Positions 43,255 through 52,964 of a stretch of DNA of 64,000 bases are shown piece by piece (within the stretch, counting starts at the first letter, position 1; every line of letters starts with the position of its first letter). The stretch comes from an uncultured Alphaproteobacteria bacterium (GTDB taxonomy: Bacteria > Pseudomonadota > Alphaproteobacteria > HIMB59 > GCA-002718135). A model generated the notes under the pieces. The model made no database searches. It was not told where the DNA came from and worked only from the letters and a program-made list of their open reading frames with translations. Made by a program: the position numbers and the translations under genes. The stretch lies in contig CACEMP010000003.1 of the NCBI GenBank assembly GCA_902560675.1, positions 13,512-77,511 on the forward strand. The letters run 5' to 3'.

Positions 43255-44241
43255 ATGTCAAAAATAAGTGAAGATATTATTTTAATTGATGGGTTAGAAT
43301 ATTGTAACTGGAATAGAAATTTATTCGAAAATGCTCACATAGCTGGAATTACTGCTATTCATGCGACATTAGTGTATTGGGAAAATACAGAGGAGTCATT
43401 TGAAAAGATAAGCTATTGGAATAAACTTTTCAAAGAAAATCAAGACATTATTGTTCATGCAAGAAATACAAAAGATATTAAAGATGCTAAGGAAAATAAT
43501 AAAGTTGCAATTATATTTGGTTTTCAAAATTCTTCACCTATAGCAAATGATATTTTTTTAGTTGAAAAATTTTTTGATGAAGGTCTTCGTTTTATGCAAC
43601 TAACTTATAATAATCAAACTCCATTAGGTGGAGGTTGCTTCGAGCCAAAAGACTCTGGAGTCTCTAGATTTGGACATGCTGTTATTGAAGAAATGAACAG
43701 ATTGGGAATGATTATTGATTTAAGTCATGCAGGAAAACAAACTTGTTTAGATGCTATTAATATTTCGAAAGAACCAGTTGCTATATCTCATGCCAACCCA
43801 TCTTTTTTTCATAAATCAACTAGAAATATTGATGAGGATGTTTTGAAAAAATTGGTAAGCAAAAATGGTTTTATAGGTCTTAGTCTTTACCCTTATCATT
43901 TAAAAAATTTTAGCCAATGTTCTGAAGAAGATTTTTGTACAATGATAAAGCAATTAATAAATATTATCGGAGATAATAATATTGGTATTGGATCTGATTT
44001 ATGTCTCAATTGGCCTGATGAAGTTGTCATGTGGATGAGAAATGGTAAATGGACAAAAAAGATAGATTATGGGGAATCAAAGGATCAAAATCCCAAATGG
44101 CCAGAACTTCCTAGTTGGTACAAACAGCCTTCTGACATTAAGAGATTATACAGCACAATGTGTAGGTATGATATTTCTGAAAAAACAGCTGAAAAAATTA
44201 TTGGTTTAAACTGGTTAAATTTTATGGAAAATCATTTCTAA
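43255..44241 (+). CDS. Membrane dipeptidase (M19)-family amidohydrolase, non-canonical metal site
   Basis: QLTYN, GVSRFG..VIEEMN..G.IIDLSH, SHAN, RNI, GIGSD. Confidence 0.85.
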   Translation: MSKISEDIILIDGLEYCNWNRNLFENAHIAGITAIHATLVYWENTEESFEKISYWNKLFKENQDIIVHARNTKDIKDAKENNKVAIIFGFQNSSPIANDIFLVEKFFDEGLRFMQLTYNNQTPLGGGCFEPKDSGVSRFGHAVIEEMNRLGMIIDLSHAGKQTCLDAINISKEPVAISHANPSFFHKSTRNIDEDVLKKLVSKNGFIGLSLYPYHLKNFSQCSEEDFCTMIKQLINIIGDNNIGIGSDLCLNWPDEVVMWMRNGKWTKKIDYGESKDQNPKWPELPSWYKQPSDIKRLYSTMCRYDISEKTAEKIIGLNWLNFMENHF

Positions 44242-45101
44242 ACTTTTCTACTTAAAAAAGTAGCAATTATCAAACTTAATATTACAATCAATGCACCAAT
44301 AAACTGGTATAACTCTAAAGTTTCGTTTAATAAAATTACAGCTCCTAGAACTCCTACAACTGGTTCAAGGTATAAAAATAATGCAGTGTAAGATTGACCA
44401 ATTTTGGGTATCGCAACTAGTTGTGATAAAAGAGCAAAACTATAACAAATTGAAGGTATCAAAATAAAAATATAAGTACTAAAATCTGAATTAAAATTTA
44501 AATTAAAAAAAATTTTTAAAACAATAAAAAAAATAATTGTATTAAAAAAGTTTATAAAAATATTTATTGGAATGGGTGGGATACCCTTTAATGAAATTTT
44601 TTGGTTTACAATGATCATGCTTGCTGATCCAATCGATGCAATTATAGCTAGAGAAATACCTAGAAAATTGACTGCAATGAAAGAAGGGCCTATTACCAAA
44701 ATAATTCCAATAAAAGTAATAAAAAAAAGCAATTTAATTGAAAGATTAATTTTCTCCCCGTCTATTAATATTGAATAAATAAGCACATAGATTGGATATA
44801 AGCAAAATATTATAATAGTGAGACTTACATCTATAAATATGACTGACGTAAGCAAACCAATTGTTAGAAAAATTGAACCAATTGAAATAAAAATAAATAA
44901 TTTCAAATTTTTTCTGAAATTTGAAAGTAAATTTTTTTGATATGGTACTAATGGTAAAATTATAATTGATGCAATTGCGTATCTCATAAAAATTACTAAA
45001 CCAACAGCAGCATCATAATTATATGCTAATTTAGTAGTTGGGCCTATTAACCCAAACAAAACTCCTGCAATTAATGCAAATATAACACCAAATATGAACA
45101 T
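44238..45101 (-). CDS. DMT/EamA-family transporter
   Basis: About 10 TM helices in two repeats; LEPVVGV..A..LL.E.L...Q.IG. Confidence 0.82.
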   Translation of the reverse strand: MFIFGVIFALIAGVLFGLIGPTTKLAYNYDAAVGLVIFMRYAIASIIILPLVPYQKNLLSNFRKNLKLFIFISIGSIFLTIGLLTSVIFIDVSLTIIIFCLYPIYVLIYSILIDGEKINLSIKLLFFITFIGIILVIGPSFIAVNFLGISLAIIASIGSASMIIVNQKISLKGIPPIPINIFINFFNTIIFFIVLKIFFNLNFNSDFSTYIFILIPSICYSFALLSQLVAIPKIGQSYTALFLYLEPVVGVLGAVILLNETLELYQFIGALIVILSLIIATFLSRKV

Positions 45102-45117
45102 TTTATAAAATTAAGTT

Positions 45118-45146
45118 TTGACTATTCGTTTTCATACAGTTATTCA
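45118..45146 (+). promoter_or_regulatory. Putative sigma70 promoter of the ABC operon
   Basis: TTGACT (45118-45123), 17-nt spacer, TATTCA (45141-45146); same hexamers as the putative rpsM promoter. Confidence 0.5.
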
Positions 45147-45172
45147 AGCATCAAAACAAAACAAAATATATA

Positions 45173-46261
45173 ATGTCTAACTCAACTCCAAGTTTCGTCA
45201 AATTTGAAAAAATAGATAAGAGTTATGACGGAGAGGTCTTGGTAGTTAAGAACTTAAATTTAGATATAGCTAAAGGTGAGTTTGTTACAATGTTAGGCCC
45301 GTCAGGTTCTGGTAAAACAACTACCTTAATGATGCTTGCAGGTTTTGAAACACCAACTAATGGTGAAATTTACCTGGACACAAATCCAATTAGCAAGATA
45401 CCTCCATATGAAAGAGAAATAGGAATGGTATTTCAAAATTATGCACTATTTCCTCATATGACTGTTCAAGAAAACTTAGCCTTTCCACTGGAAGTAAGAA
45501 AAATATCTAAATCTGAAACCCAAAAAAAAGTTCAAAAAGCACTTGATATGGTAGAATTAGGAAATTTTGGAACGAGATTTCCTGCTCAATTATCAGGTGG
45601 TCAACAACAGCGAGTGGCTTTAGCAAGAGCATTAGTATTTGAGCCTAGACTTGTTTTGATGGATGAACCTCTTGGGGCATTAGATAAAAATTTACGAGAG
45701 CAAATGCAATATGAAATTAAACATATTCATGATAGGATTGGAATTACTGTTGTTTATGTGACACATGATCAAAGTGAAGCTCTAACAATGTCAAATAGGA
45801 TAGCAGTTTTTAATGATGGAATTGTACAACAATTATCTACTCCAGATATTTTATATGAGAAACCTGAAAACTCTTTTGTTGCAAAATTTATAGGAGAAAA
45901 CAATACTTTAAATGGTGTTGTTAAAGAGATTAATGGTAGCACTTGTGAAGTTGATCTTGACAATAATTATGGTGTAGTAAAAGCTCTTAAAGTAAATGTA
46001 AGTGAAGTTGGAGAAAAAACTCAATTATCAATAAGACCTGAGAGAGTTTCAATTGACTCAAATAATAATGGCCCAAATACATTTACTGGAAAAATTGAAG
46101 AACTAATTTATCTTGGAGACCATATAAGAGCTAGGCTAGATGTTTGCGGAAATAATGAATTTATTGTCAAAGTTCCAAATGAAGGTAGTTTTAGTCACAA
46201 AGAAGGTGACACTTTAAATTTAAGTTGGAACTCTAATGACGTTAGAGCTTTGGATATCTAA
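45173..46261 (+). CDS. ABC transporter ATPase, PotA family (TOBE domain)
   Basis: GPSGSGKTT, VFQNYALFPH, LSGGQQQRVALARA, MDEP, YVTHDQ. Confidence 0.93.
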   Translation: MSNSTPSFVKFEKIDKSYDGEVLVVKNLNLDIAKGEFVTMLGPSGSGKTTTLMMLAGFETPTNGEIYLDTNPISKIPPYEREIGMVFQNYALFPHMTVQENLAFPLEVRKISKSETQKKVQKALDMVELGNFGTRFPAQLSGGQQQRVALARALVFEPRLVLMDEPLGALDKNLREQMQYEIKHIHDRIGITVVYVTHDQSEALTMSNRIAVFNDGIVQQLSTPDILYEKPENSFVAKFIGENNTLNGVVKEINGSTCEVDLDNNYGVVKALKVNVSEVGEKTQLSIRPERVSIDSNNNGPNTFTGKIEELIYLGDHIRARLDVCGNNEFIVKVPNEGSFSHKEGDTLNLSWNSNDVRALDI

Positions 46262-46390
46262 ATTAATTTCCCAGAATACTGCGACTTTTTTTTATTTTTA
46301 AACCTTTTTTTTCAATAAGCTACATGTTATTAGGTCCCCATTACAGACATAATCTTAAGATTAAACTAATTAAAAAATAGGAGGATATAT

Positions 46391-47494
46391 ATGTCTAAAT
46401 TTACAAAAGCCTTCTTATTCGCATCAATAATTTTTGCGCCATTTGCAGCTAGTGCTGTAACTGTTGCATCATGGGGTGGTGCTTATACAGAAAGTCAAAA
46501 GAAAGCATATGCTGACACATATACTGATCCAGGTGCGATTGTATTTGAAAACTACAATGGTGGTTTAGGTGAAGTAAGAGCTCAGGTTGAGAGTGGAAGT
46601 GTTACTTGGGACGTTGTTGACGTTTTACCTTCAGATGCAATCACAGGTTGTGACGAAGGATTATTCGAAGATATTTCAGCTGAAATAGCTTCAAGTGCTG
46701 CGCCAGGACCTGACGGCGAGTCAATGTTAGAAGATATGGAAAACAATGGTCTTGAATACCATTCTGGTTGGGATTGTTGTGTACCACAAATTTTCTGGAC
46801 TTACGTTGTATTTTATGACCCAGATGCTTTCCCAGGTGACAAACCTTCAAGCATGGCTGACTTTTTTGATGTAGAAAAATTTCCAGGCAAAAGAGGAATT
46901 CACACTTGGGCAACTGGTGTAATTGAAAAAGCTATGGTTGCAGATGGTGTAAAACCAAATGCAGTTCCAACTGTTTTAGCAAACCAAACTGGAGCTATTG
47001 ATAGAGCATTTGAAGTAATGGACAGAATTAAAGATGACGTAGTATTCTGGTCTGCTGGATCAAAACCTCTAGAATTAGTAAAAAGTGGTGAAGTTGTAAT
47101 GGCGATTGCTTATAATGGTCGTGTAGGTGCAGCTAACTTAGCTGAAGGCGAAAACTTTGAGTATATCTGGGAAGGACAAGTTCTTGACCAAGAATATTTA
47201 TGTTTAATGTCTGGTGCTCCAAACAGAGATCAAGCTCTTGATTTCATGTTCCATGCATCAACTCCAGAAGCACAAGCTGAACAAGCTAAATACATTACTT
47301 ATGGTCCAATGAGAGCATCTGGTATTCCAATTATTCAAAATAATGAGCCTTGGGGACCAGGTGGAGTAGATATCATGCCTCATATGCCTAATACACCAGA
47401 ACGTTTAGCAGTTTCAATCGTAAGTGATCCACAATGGTGGTCAGATTACGGTGCCGAAATTAATGAGCGTTATTCTGCTTGGATGGGTAACTAA
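46391..47494 (+). CDS. ABC substrate-binding protein, PotD/PotF-like family
   Basis: Signal peptide, SWGGAY, V.WDVV, DFFDVEKFPGKRG, YNGR; strong SD AGGAGG. Confidence 0.88.
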   Translation: MSKFTKAFLFASIIFAPFAASAVTVASWGGAYTESQKKAYADTYTDPGAIVFENYNGGLGEVRAQVESGSVTWDVVDVLPSDAITGCDEGLFEDISAEIASSAAPGPDGESMLEDMENNGLEYHSGWDCCVPQIFWTYVVFYDPDAFPGDKPSSMADFFDVEKFPGKRGIHTWATGVIEKAMVADGVKPNAVPTVLANQTGAIDRAFEVMDRIKDDVVFWSAGSKPLELVKSGEVVMAIAYNGRVGAANLAEGENFEYIWEGQVLDQEYLCLMSGAPNRDQALDFMFHASTPEAQAEQAKYITYGPMRASGIPIIQNNEPWGPGGVDIMPHMPNTPERLAVSIVSDPQWWSDYGAEINERYSAWMGN

Positions 47495-47525
47495 GCTTGA
47501 TAAATTAAAAATTGTAATTTAATCT

Positions 47526-47555
47526 AAAGGCGAGATTTATCTCGCCTTTTTATTT
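47526..47555 (+). terminator. Intrinsic terminator / stabilising hairpin after the ABC SBP gene
   Basis: AAAGGCGAGAT-TT-ATCTCGCCTTT perfect inverted repeat followed by a T-rich tail. Confidence 0.8.
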
Positions 47556-48831
47556 GGAGGACATTATTTCTACTGCAGAGCTATTAACAACAGACGGAAT
47601 ACCACTTAAACGAAGTCTGAAAAAAGCTGAAAGGCGAAATAAAATTCGAGCCTTTTTTCTAGTATTTCCATTGTTACTTTTTATTGTTGTTACATTTGTA
47701 ATCCCTATTGGTGATATGCTTATGAGAAGTGTTGATGATAGTCAAATCAACACAGTTTTCCCAAATACTTTTGAGGAATACAAAAAATGGAAAAAGGGTG
47801 AAGATGATCTTCCTCCTGAAGAAGTTTATAAAAATCTTTTTCTTGAACTTGCTAATGGAGATAAAAGACAAATAGGTAAAGCATTAACTAGAATGAATTA
47901 TGCTAAATCAGGATGGAAAAGTTTAATAAAAAAAACTTCTAGAGAGATTAAAAAAATAGTTAAAAAAGGTGAAGAGCCTGTGTCTTACAAAGATACAATG
48001 ATTGAAATTAATAAATTATGGGCAGATCCAACTTATTGGTATTCATTTAATCAAATGGTTAATGAACGATCTTCAATTTATTACTGGAATGCACTTGATA
48101 GAACTTATAATGAAGAGGGAGATGTTATTCTTCAAGATGAAAAAAGAAGAATGTACATTAAGACATGGATTAGAACTTTAAAAGTAAGTGTCTATGTAAC
48201 TTTTTTCTGTTTAATTTTAGGTTTTCCTGTTGCGCATCTACTAGCTAACTTACCACTACGCTACAGTAATCTTTTGATGATCTTTGTTTTACTTCCTTTC
48301 TGGACATCATTGCTTGTAAGAACAACCGCATGGATTGTTATGCTTCAACAAAATGGAGTAATTAACGGGGTATTAGTTTGGCTAGGAATACTAAGTGATG
48401 ATGGAAGAATTCAAATGGTTTATAATGAAACGGGTACACTGATTGCCATGACTCAAATATTATTGCCCTTTATGATTTTACCATTGTATAGCGTTATGAG
48501 AGTCATTCCAAAAAGTCATATGAGAGCAGCTCAAAATTTAGGTGCAAAACCCGCTACGGCATTTTGGCGAGTATATTTACCACAAACCATCCCAGGTATG
48601 AGTGCAGGAGGTTTATTAGTATTTGTTTTAGCTATTGGTTATTTCATAACACCAGAACTTGTTGGTGGAAAAGATGGGCAATTAATCGGTCACTGGATTG
48701 CTTATCATTTAAAGACGACATTGAATTGGGGGTTATGCGCTGCGTTGGGATCAATTTTACTTTTTGTTATGTTAATCTTTTATTGGCTGTACAATAAAAT
48801 TGTTGGCATAGATAATATTAAACTAGGATAA
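47554..48831 (+). CDS. ABC permease, PotB family with large periplasmic insertion
   Basis: LLPFWTSLLVRT, LPFMILPLY, AAQNLGA loop; TTG start. Confidence 0.88.
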   Translation: MEDIISTAELLTTDGIPLKRSLKKAERRNKIRAFFLVFPLLLFIVVTFVIPIGDMLMRSVDDSQINTVFPNTFEEYKKWKKGEDDLPPEEVYKNLFLELANGDKRQIGKALTRMNYAKSGWKSLIKKTSREIKKIVKKGEEPVSYKDTMIEINKLWADPTYWYSFNQMVNERSSIYYWNALDRTYNEEGDVILQDEKRRMYIKTWIRTLKVSVYVTFFCLILGFPVAHLLANLPLRYSNLLMIFVLLPFWTSLLVRTTAWIVMLQQNGVINGVLVWLGILSDDGRIQMVYNETGTLIAMTQILLPFMILPLYSVMRVIPKSHMRAAQNLGAKPATAFWRVYLPQTIPGMSAGGLLVFVLAIGYFITPELVGGKDGQLIGHWIAYHLKTTLNWGLCAALGSILLFVMLIFYWLYNKIVGIDNIKLG

Positions 48832-48833
48832 TT

Positions 48834-49730
48834 ATGGCACTTCCAAGTTATGCTTCACCTGTACAAAGAACTTATTATTATGCATATTTATTTTTTTGTG
48901 CTGTTGTGTTTTTCTTTCTAATTGCTCCATTAATAGCAATAGTCCCAATCTCTTTTAGTGTCTCGCCATTTATGGTCTTTACTGAAGGTATGTTAGCTTG
49001 GCCACCTGATCCTGAAGCTTGGTCATTGCGATGGTATAAAAATATGATTGGTGATTGTAGTGCTGATGTTGTTTCTTCCACTGTTCCTTGTTCAAAGAAA
49101 TGGATGGTAGGAACAGTTAATAGTTTGTTTATTGGAATAATAGCTACGGCAATAGCAACTGCTCTTGGTACAATGGCAGCCTTAGGATTGAGTAGACCAC
49201 ACATGCCTTACAAAGCATTAATAATGTCTATATTAATTTCACCAATGATAGTACCTTTGATCATTACTGCCGCTGGTATGTTCTTTTTTTATGCTAGAAT
49301 AAATTTAGTTTATACTTTTACTGGAGTTATACTTGCTCATGTAGCTTTAGCTACACCATTTGTTGTAATAACAGTTACAGCAACATTGGTCGGATTTGAT
49401 ATGAATATGGTTAAAGCTGCACAAAGCTTAGGTGCTAGACCAATTAGGACATTTTTTAAAGTAATCATGCCATTAATTTTGCCAGGAATAATATCAGGTG
49501 CTTTATTTGCATTTATTACTTCATTTGATGAAGTTGTAATAGTTATGTTTATGGCAAGTATAGATCAATTAACAATACCAAAACAAATGTGGGCTGGAAT
49601 AAGACAGGAAATTAGTCCAGTTATATTATGTATGGCAACATGTTTGGTTTTGCTTTCAATAGTTCTATTAACAACTGTTGAACTTCTGAGAAGAAGATCT
49701 GAGAGGTTAAGAGGAATTAAGTCCCGTTAG
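48834..49730 (+). CDS. ABC permease, PotC family
   Basis: SLRWY, PMIVPLII, AAQSLGA, FITSFDEVV. Confidence 0.9.
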   Translation: MALPSYASPVQRTYYYAYLFFCAVVFFFLIAPLIAIVPISFSVSPFMVFTEGMLAWPPDPEAWSLRWYKNMIGDCSADVVSSTVPCSKKWMVGTVNSLFIGIIATAIATALGTMAALGLSRPHMPYKALIMSILISPMIVPLIITAAGMFFFYARINLVYTFTGVILAHVALATPFVVITVTATLVGFDMNMVKAAQSLGARPIRTFFKVIMPLILPGIISGALFAFITSFDEVVIVMFMASIDQLTIPKQMWAGIRQEISPVILCMATCLVLLSIVLLTTVELLRRRSERLRGIKSR

Positions 49731-49734
49731 AATT

Positions 49735-50964
49735 GTGAAGAAAGTAGCAATCGTCGGCGCTGGTATTGTTGGAATATGTAGTGCCTATTTTCTAAAAAAA
49801 TCTGGATTTGATGTTACTGTAATTGATAAAGAGGAACCAGGCAGTATGACGAGTTTTGGACATGCATGTAGTTTTGCAGATTACGCAAATGTTCCAATAA
49901 ATTATCCTGGTTTAATCTGGGATTTACCTTCAATGTTATTAAAAAAAGATGGTCCTTTAACTGTTGATTTTTTTTATATTTTAAAAAATTTACCCTGGGC
50001 AATTAAATTTTTAAGAAATTGTAAAAAAGATAAGGTTGATGAAATTGCTAGCTCATTAACCAATATTCTTAAGCACTCACATTTGTCTTATGATGAGATT
50101 TTTAAAGATATCAATGTATCCCAATTTATTAGTAATGAGGAAAATTTATATCTTTTTGATACTAAAAAGTCTTTTGATGATTATGATTATGCAAATAAGA
50201 TTAGAGAAAAAAATAATGTTAAGGTTCGCAATTTAACTAAAGATGAAGTTAAAGAATTAGAGCCAAATATTGAAGATGTATATTATTCAGGTCAACTATT
50301 TAAAGGTTCTAAACACACAACAAATCCACTTGCTATAAGTCAAAAAATTTTTAAAGTATTTTTAGAGTTAGGGGGTAAATACATAAAAAAAAATGTAAAA
50401 AATATAATTAATAGAAATGAAAATATTGAAATAATTATTGAAAATAATAATATTTACTTTGATAAGTTAATTATTTGTGCGGGTGCATGGTCTAATCAAA
50501 TTGCAAATATGATAGGAGAAAATTTTCCTCTTGATACAGAAAGGGGATATCATATTCTTTTTGAAACTAGTGAAAGATTAATAAAAAGACCAGTGGCATG
50601 GTCTGAGTCAGGTTTTTATTTAATCCAAGTTCATAATGGATTAAGAGCAGCAGGAACAGTAGAAATAGCTGGTCTAAATAAACCTCCTAATATGAAAAGA
50701 ATAAAAATGATTGAAAGACAATCAAGAAAAGTTTTGCCTCAACTTGGAAAAATTAAATCTACTTGGATGGGAAGAAGGCCTACTTTACCTGATTCATTAC
50801 CTATAATAGGGAAGTCACCACGAAACAGTAATGTAATTTATGCTTTTGGTCACCAACATCTAGGATGGACCTTAGGAGCTGTTACTGGAAAAATTGTAAA
50901 TACAATTGTAAATGATCAAAAACCCAATATAGATATCGAGGCTTATTCTCCTAATAGATTTTAA
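49735..50964 (+). CDS. FAD-dependent D-amino acid dehydrogenase (DadA-like)
   Basis: GAGIVG, ERGYH, AGTVE, WMGRRPTLPDSLPIIG, GHQHLGWTL. Confidence 0.85.
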   Translation: MKKVAIVGAGIVGICSAYFLKKSGFDVTVIDKEEPGSMTSFGHACSFADYANVPINYPGLIWDLPSMLLKKDGPLTVDFFYILKNLPWAIKFLRNCKKDKVDEIASSLTNILKHSHLSYDEIFKDINVSQFISNEENLYLFDTKKSFDDYDYANKIREKNNVKVRNLTKDEVKELEPNIEDVYYSGQLFKGSKHTTNPLAISQKIFKVFLELGGKYIKKNVKNIINRNENIEIIIENNNIYFDKLIICAGAWSNQIANMIGENFPLDTERGYHILFETSERLIKRPVAWSESGFYLIQVHNGLRAAGTVEIAGLNKPPNMKRIKMIERQSRKVLPQLGKIKSTWMGRRPTLPDSLPIIGKSPRNSNVIYAFGHQHLGWTLGAVTGKIVNTIVNDQKPNIDIEAYSPNRF

Positions 50965-52394
50965 TTTAAGCTAATACCAACGTTTTTTACTTGAAGATAA
51001 GATTTTAGTGCATCCACACCTTTTTCTCTACTATAACCTGATTGTTTATATCCTCCAAATGGTGTTGCGTGACTTCCCGCAAACCATTTGTTAACATACA
51101 CCTGTCCAGCCTCAAGATGACCAGCTGTCCATGATGCTTTTTTTAAATCTTTTGTAAAGACACCTGCACCTAAACCATAATCAGTATCGTTTGCGATTTT
51201 TATTGCTTCCTCTTGTTCTTCATATTCTAGAATTGAAAGAACTGGCCCAAAAATTTCTTCACGTGCAACTGTCATATCCTGTGAAACATTATTTAAAACT
51301 GTAGGTTCCATGAAATAGCCATCACGTTCAACACGTTTGCCCCCATATGCTGCTTCAGCGCCTTGTTGAATTCCAGATCTTGCGTATCCTTCAACTTTTT
51401 GCAATTGATTTTCTGAAATCACAGGAGTTAGGTCAGTATTTTTATCAATACCCGGTCCTATCTTAAGTGATTTACTTAAATTTACTAATTTATCAACTAA
51501 TTCATCTTTGATAGATTTATGTACAACAAGTCGTGACATAGCCGTACATATTTGACCTGCTACACCAAATATACCATGTCTGGCACTATCTAAAACATCA
51601 TCTAGATTAGCATCGGGATAAACGATACCTGCTGACTTGCCACCCAATTCTACTATAGCTGGTATGGCTTTATCAGCACAAGAGTGGAGTATTTTTTTTC
51701 CAGTTGCAACCGATCCTGTAAAAACAACATGATTGACATCTTGGTGTGAAACCAAATAAGAGCCTGCTTCATTTCCATAACCACAAATAATGTTAATTAA
51801 TCCATTTGGCACTTCTGCATTAATTAGAGCTTTAGCAAATATTGTTGCAGATAAGGGTGTAAGCTCAGCTGTTTTAATAATTGTTGAGTTACCGGTTGCA
51901 AAAGAACAAGCTAAAGATCTGCCAATCATTGCTATTGGATAATTCCACGGTACAACATGTGCAGAAACTCCAAAGGGTTCTAAAACTGTGTAGTCAAATA
52001 TATTCTTTGATACTGGAATTGTTTTTCCTTCAAGTTTATCGGTTAGTCCAGCATAGTAATCAAAAATATCAGCAACATCATTAAATTCTTTAATAGCTCC
52101 TCCAATACTTTTTCCATTTTCATAACACAAAAGTTCACCACCTTCTTTAGCAACTTTTCTTGTTTCTTCTGCAATTTTTCTCATGAGTTTTGCTCTTGCT
52201 AAAATAGGCATATCTACTAATATTCGGCTATTATAAGACTTTTTTGCTGCATTTACGGCTAAGTCAACTTCTGTTTTTTTAGCACAACTAATCTCACCAA
52301 TGATTTTTCCTGTTGAAGGATCATCCACTTTTATTTTTTCTTTTGATTCACTCTCTATCCATTTGCCGTCTATAAAATTTTTATAATGTTGCAT
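50961..52394 (-). CDS. Aldehyde dehydrogenase family protein
   Basis: PWNYP, FTGS..TG, ELGGKS, GQICTA, EEIFGP, PFGGYKQSG. Confidence 0.92.
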   Translation of the reverse strand: MQHYKNFIDGKWIESESKEKIKVDDPSTGKIIGEISCAKKTEVDLAVNAAKKSYNSRILVDMPILARAKLMRKIAEETRKVAKEGGELLCYENGKSIGGAIKEFNDVADIFDYYAGLTDKLEGKTIPVSKNIFDYTVLEPFGVSAHVVPWNYPIAMIGRSLACSFATGNSTIIKTAELTPLSATIFAKALINAEVPNGLINIICGYGNEAGSYLVSHQDVNHVVFTGSVATGKKILHSCADKAIPAIVELGGKSAGIVYPDANLDDVLDSARHGIFGVAGQICTAMSRLVVHKSIKDELVDKLVNLSKSLKIGPGIDKNTDLTPVISENQLQKVEGYARSGIQQGAEAAYGGKRVERDGYFMEPTVLNNVSQDMTVAREEIFGPVLSILEYEEQEEAIKIANDTDYGLGAGVFTKDLKKASWTAGHLEAGQVYVNKWFAGSHATPFGGYKQSGYSREKGVDALKSYLQVKNVGISLN

Positions 52395-52454
52395 AATTCT
52401 CTCTTTGAATTTTTTACTTTATTCTATAATTATTTATATTAACATAATTTGGAA

Positions 52455-52964
52455 ATGCCAACTATAATTAAATATTACGTAAATACAATTGATTATATAA
52501 GTCTCAAGACAGGAAGAGCAACCATGTATTTGGTTTTTGTTATGATGTTTATTTTAATATTATCTTTTGTAACTAGAAATATAATTAATATTCCACTTAT
52601 TTGGATAATTGAAATGGCTCAATTTGTAATGACAGGTTATTACTTACTTGGCGGAGGTTATTCAATGCTAACTGATGATCATGTAAGAATGGATCTTATA
52701 TATAGTAAACTTAAAGATAAAACTAAGGCGCTATTAGATTCTTTAACAAGTGTGTTTTTAATTTTTTATCTTGTTGTTCTTTTAATTGGTTCAATTTCTA
52801 GTTTAACTTATACTTTAGAAACTAATCAAAGATTATTTACAGCATGGGCACCTTATGTTTGGCCCATCAAATCTATAATGACTTTTGGTATTTTATTAAT
52901 GCTTCTTCAATCAATTGCAATTTTTTTCAAGGATATTGCAAAAGTATTAAATAGAGAAATTTGA
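52455..52964 (+). CDS. TRAP transporter small permease (DctQ)
   Basis: Four TM helices, W..EMAQF, HVRMD; ATG 52455. Confidence 0.88.
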   Translation: MPTIIKYYVNTIDYISLKTGRATMYLVFVMMFILILSFVTRNIINIPLIWIIEMAQFVMTGYYLLGGGYSMLTDDHVRMDLIYSKLKDKTKALLDSLTSVFLIFYLVVLLIGSISSLTYTLETNQRLFTAWAPYVWPIKSIMTFGILLMLLQSIAIFFKDIAKVLNREI

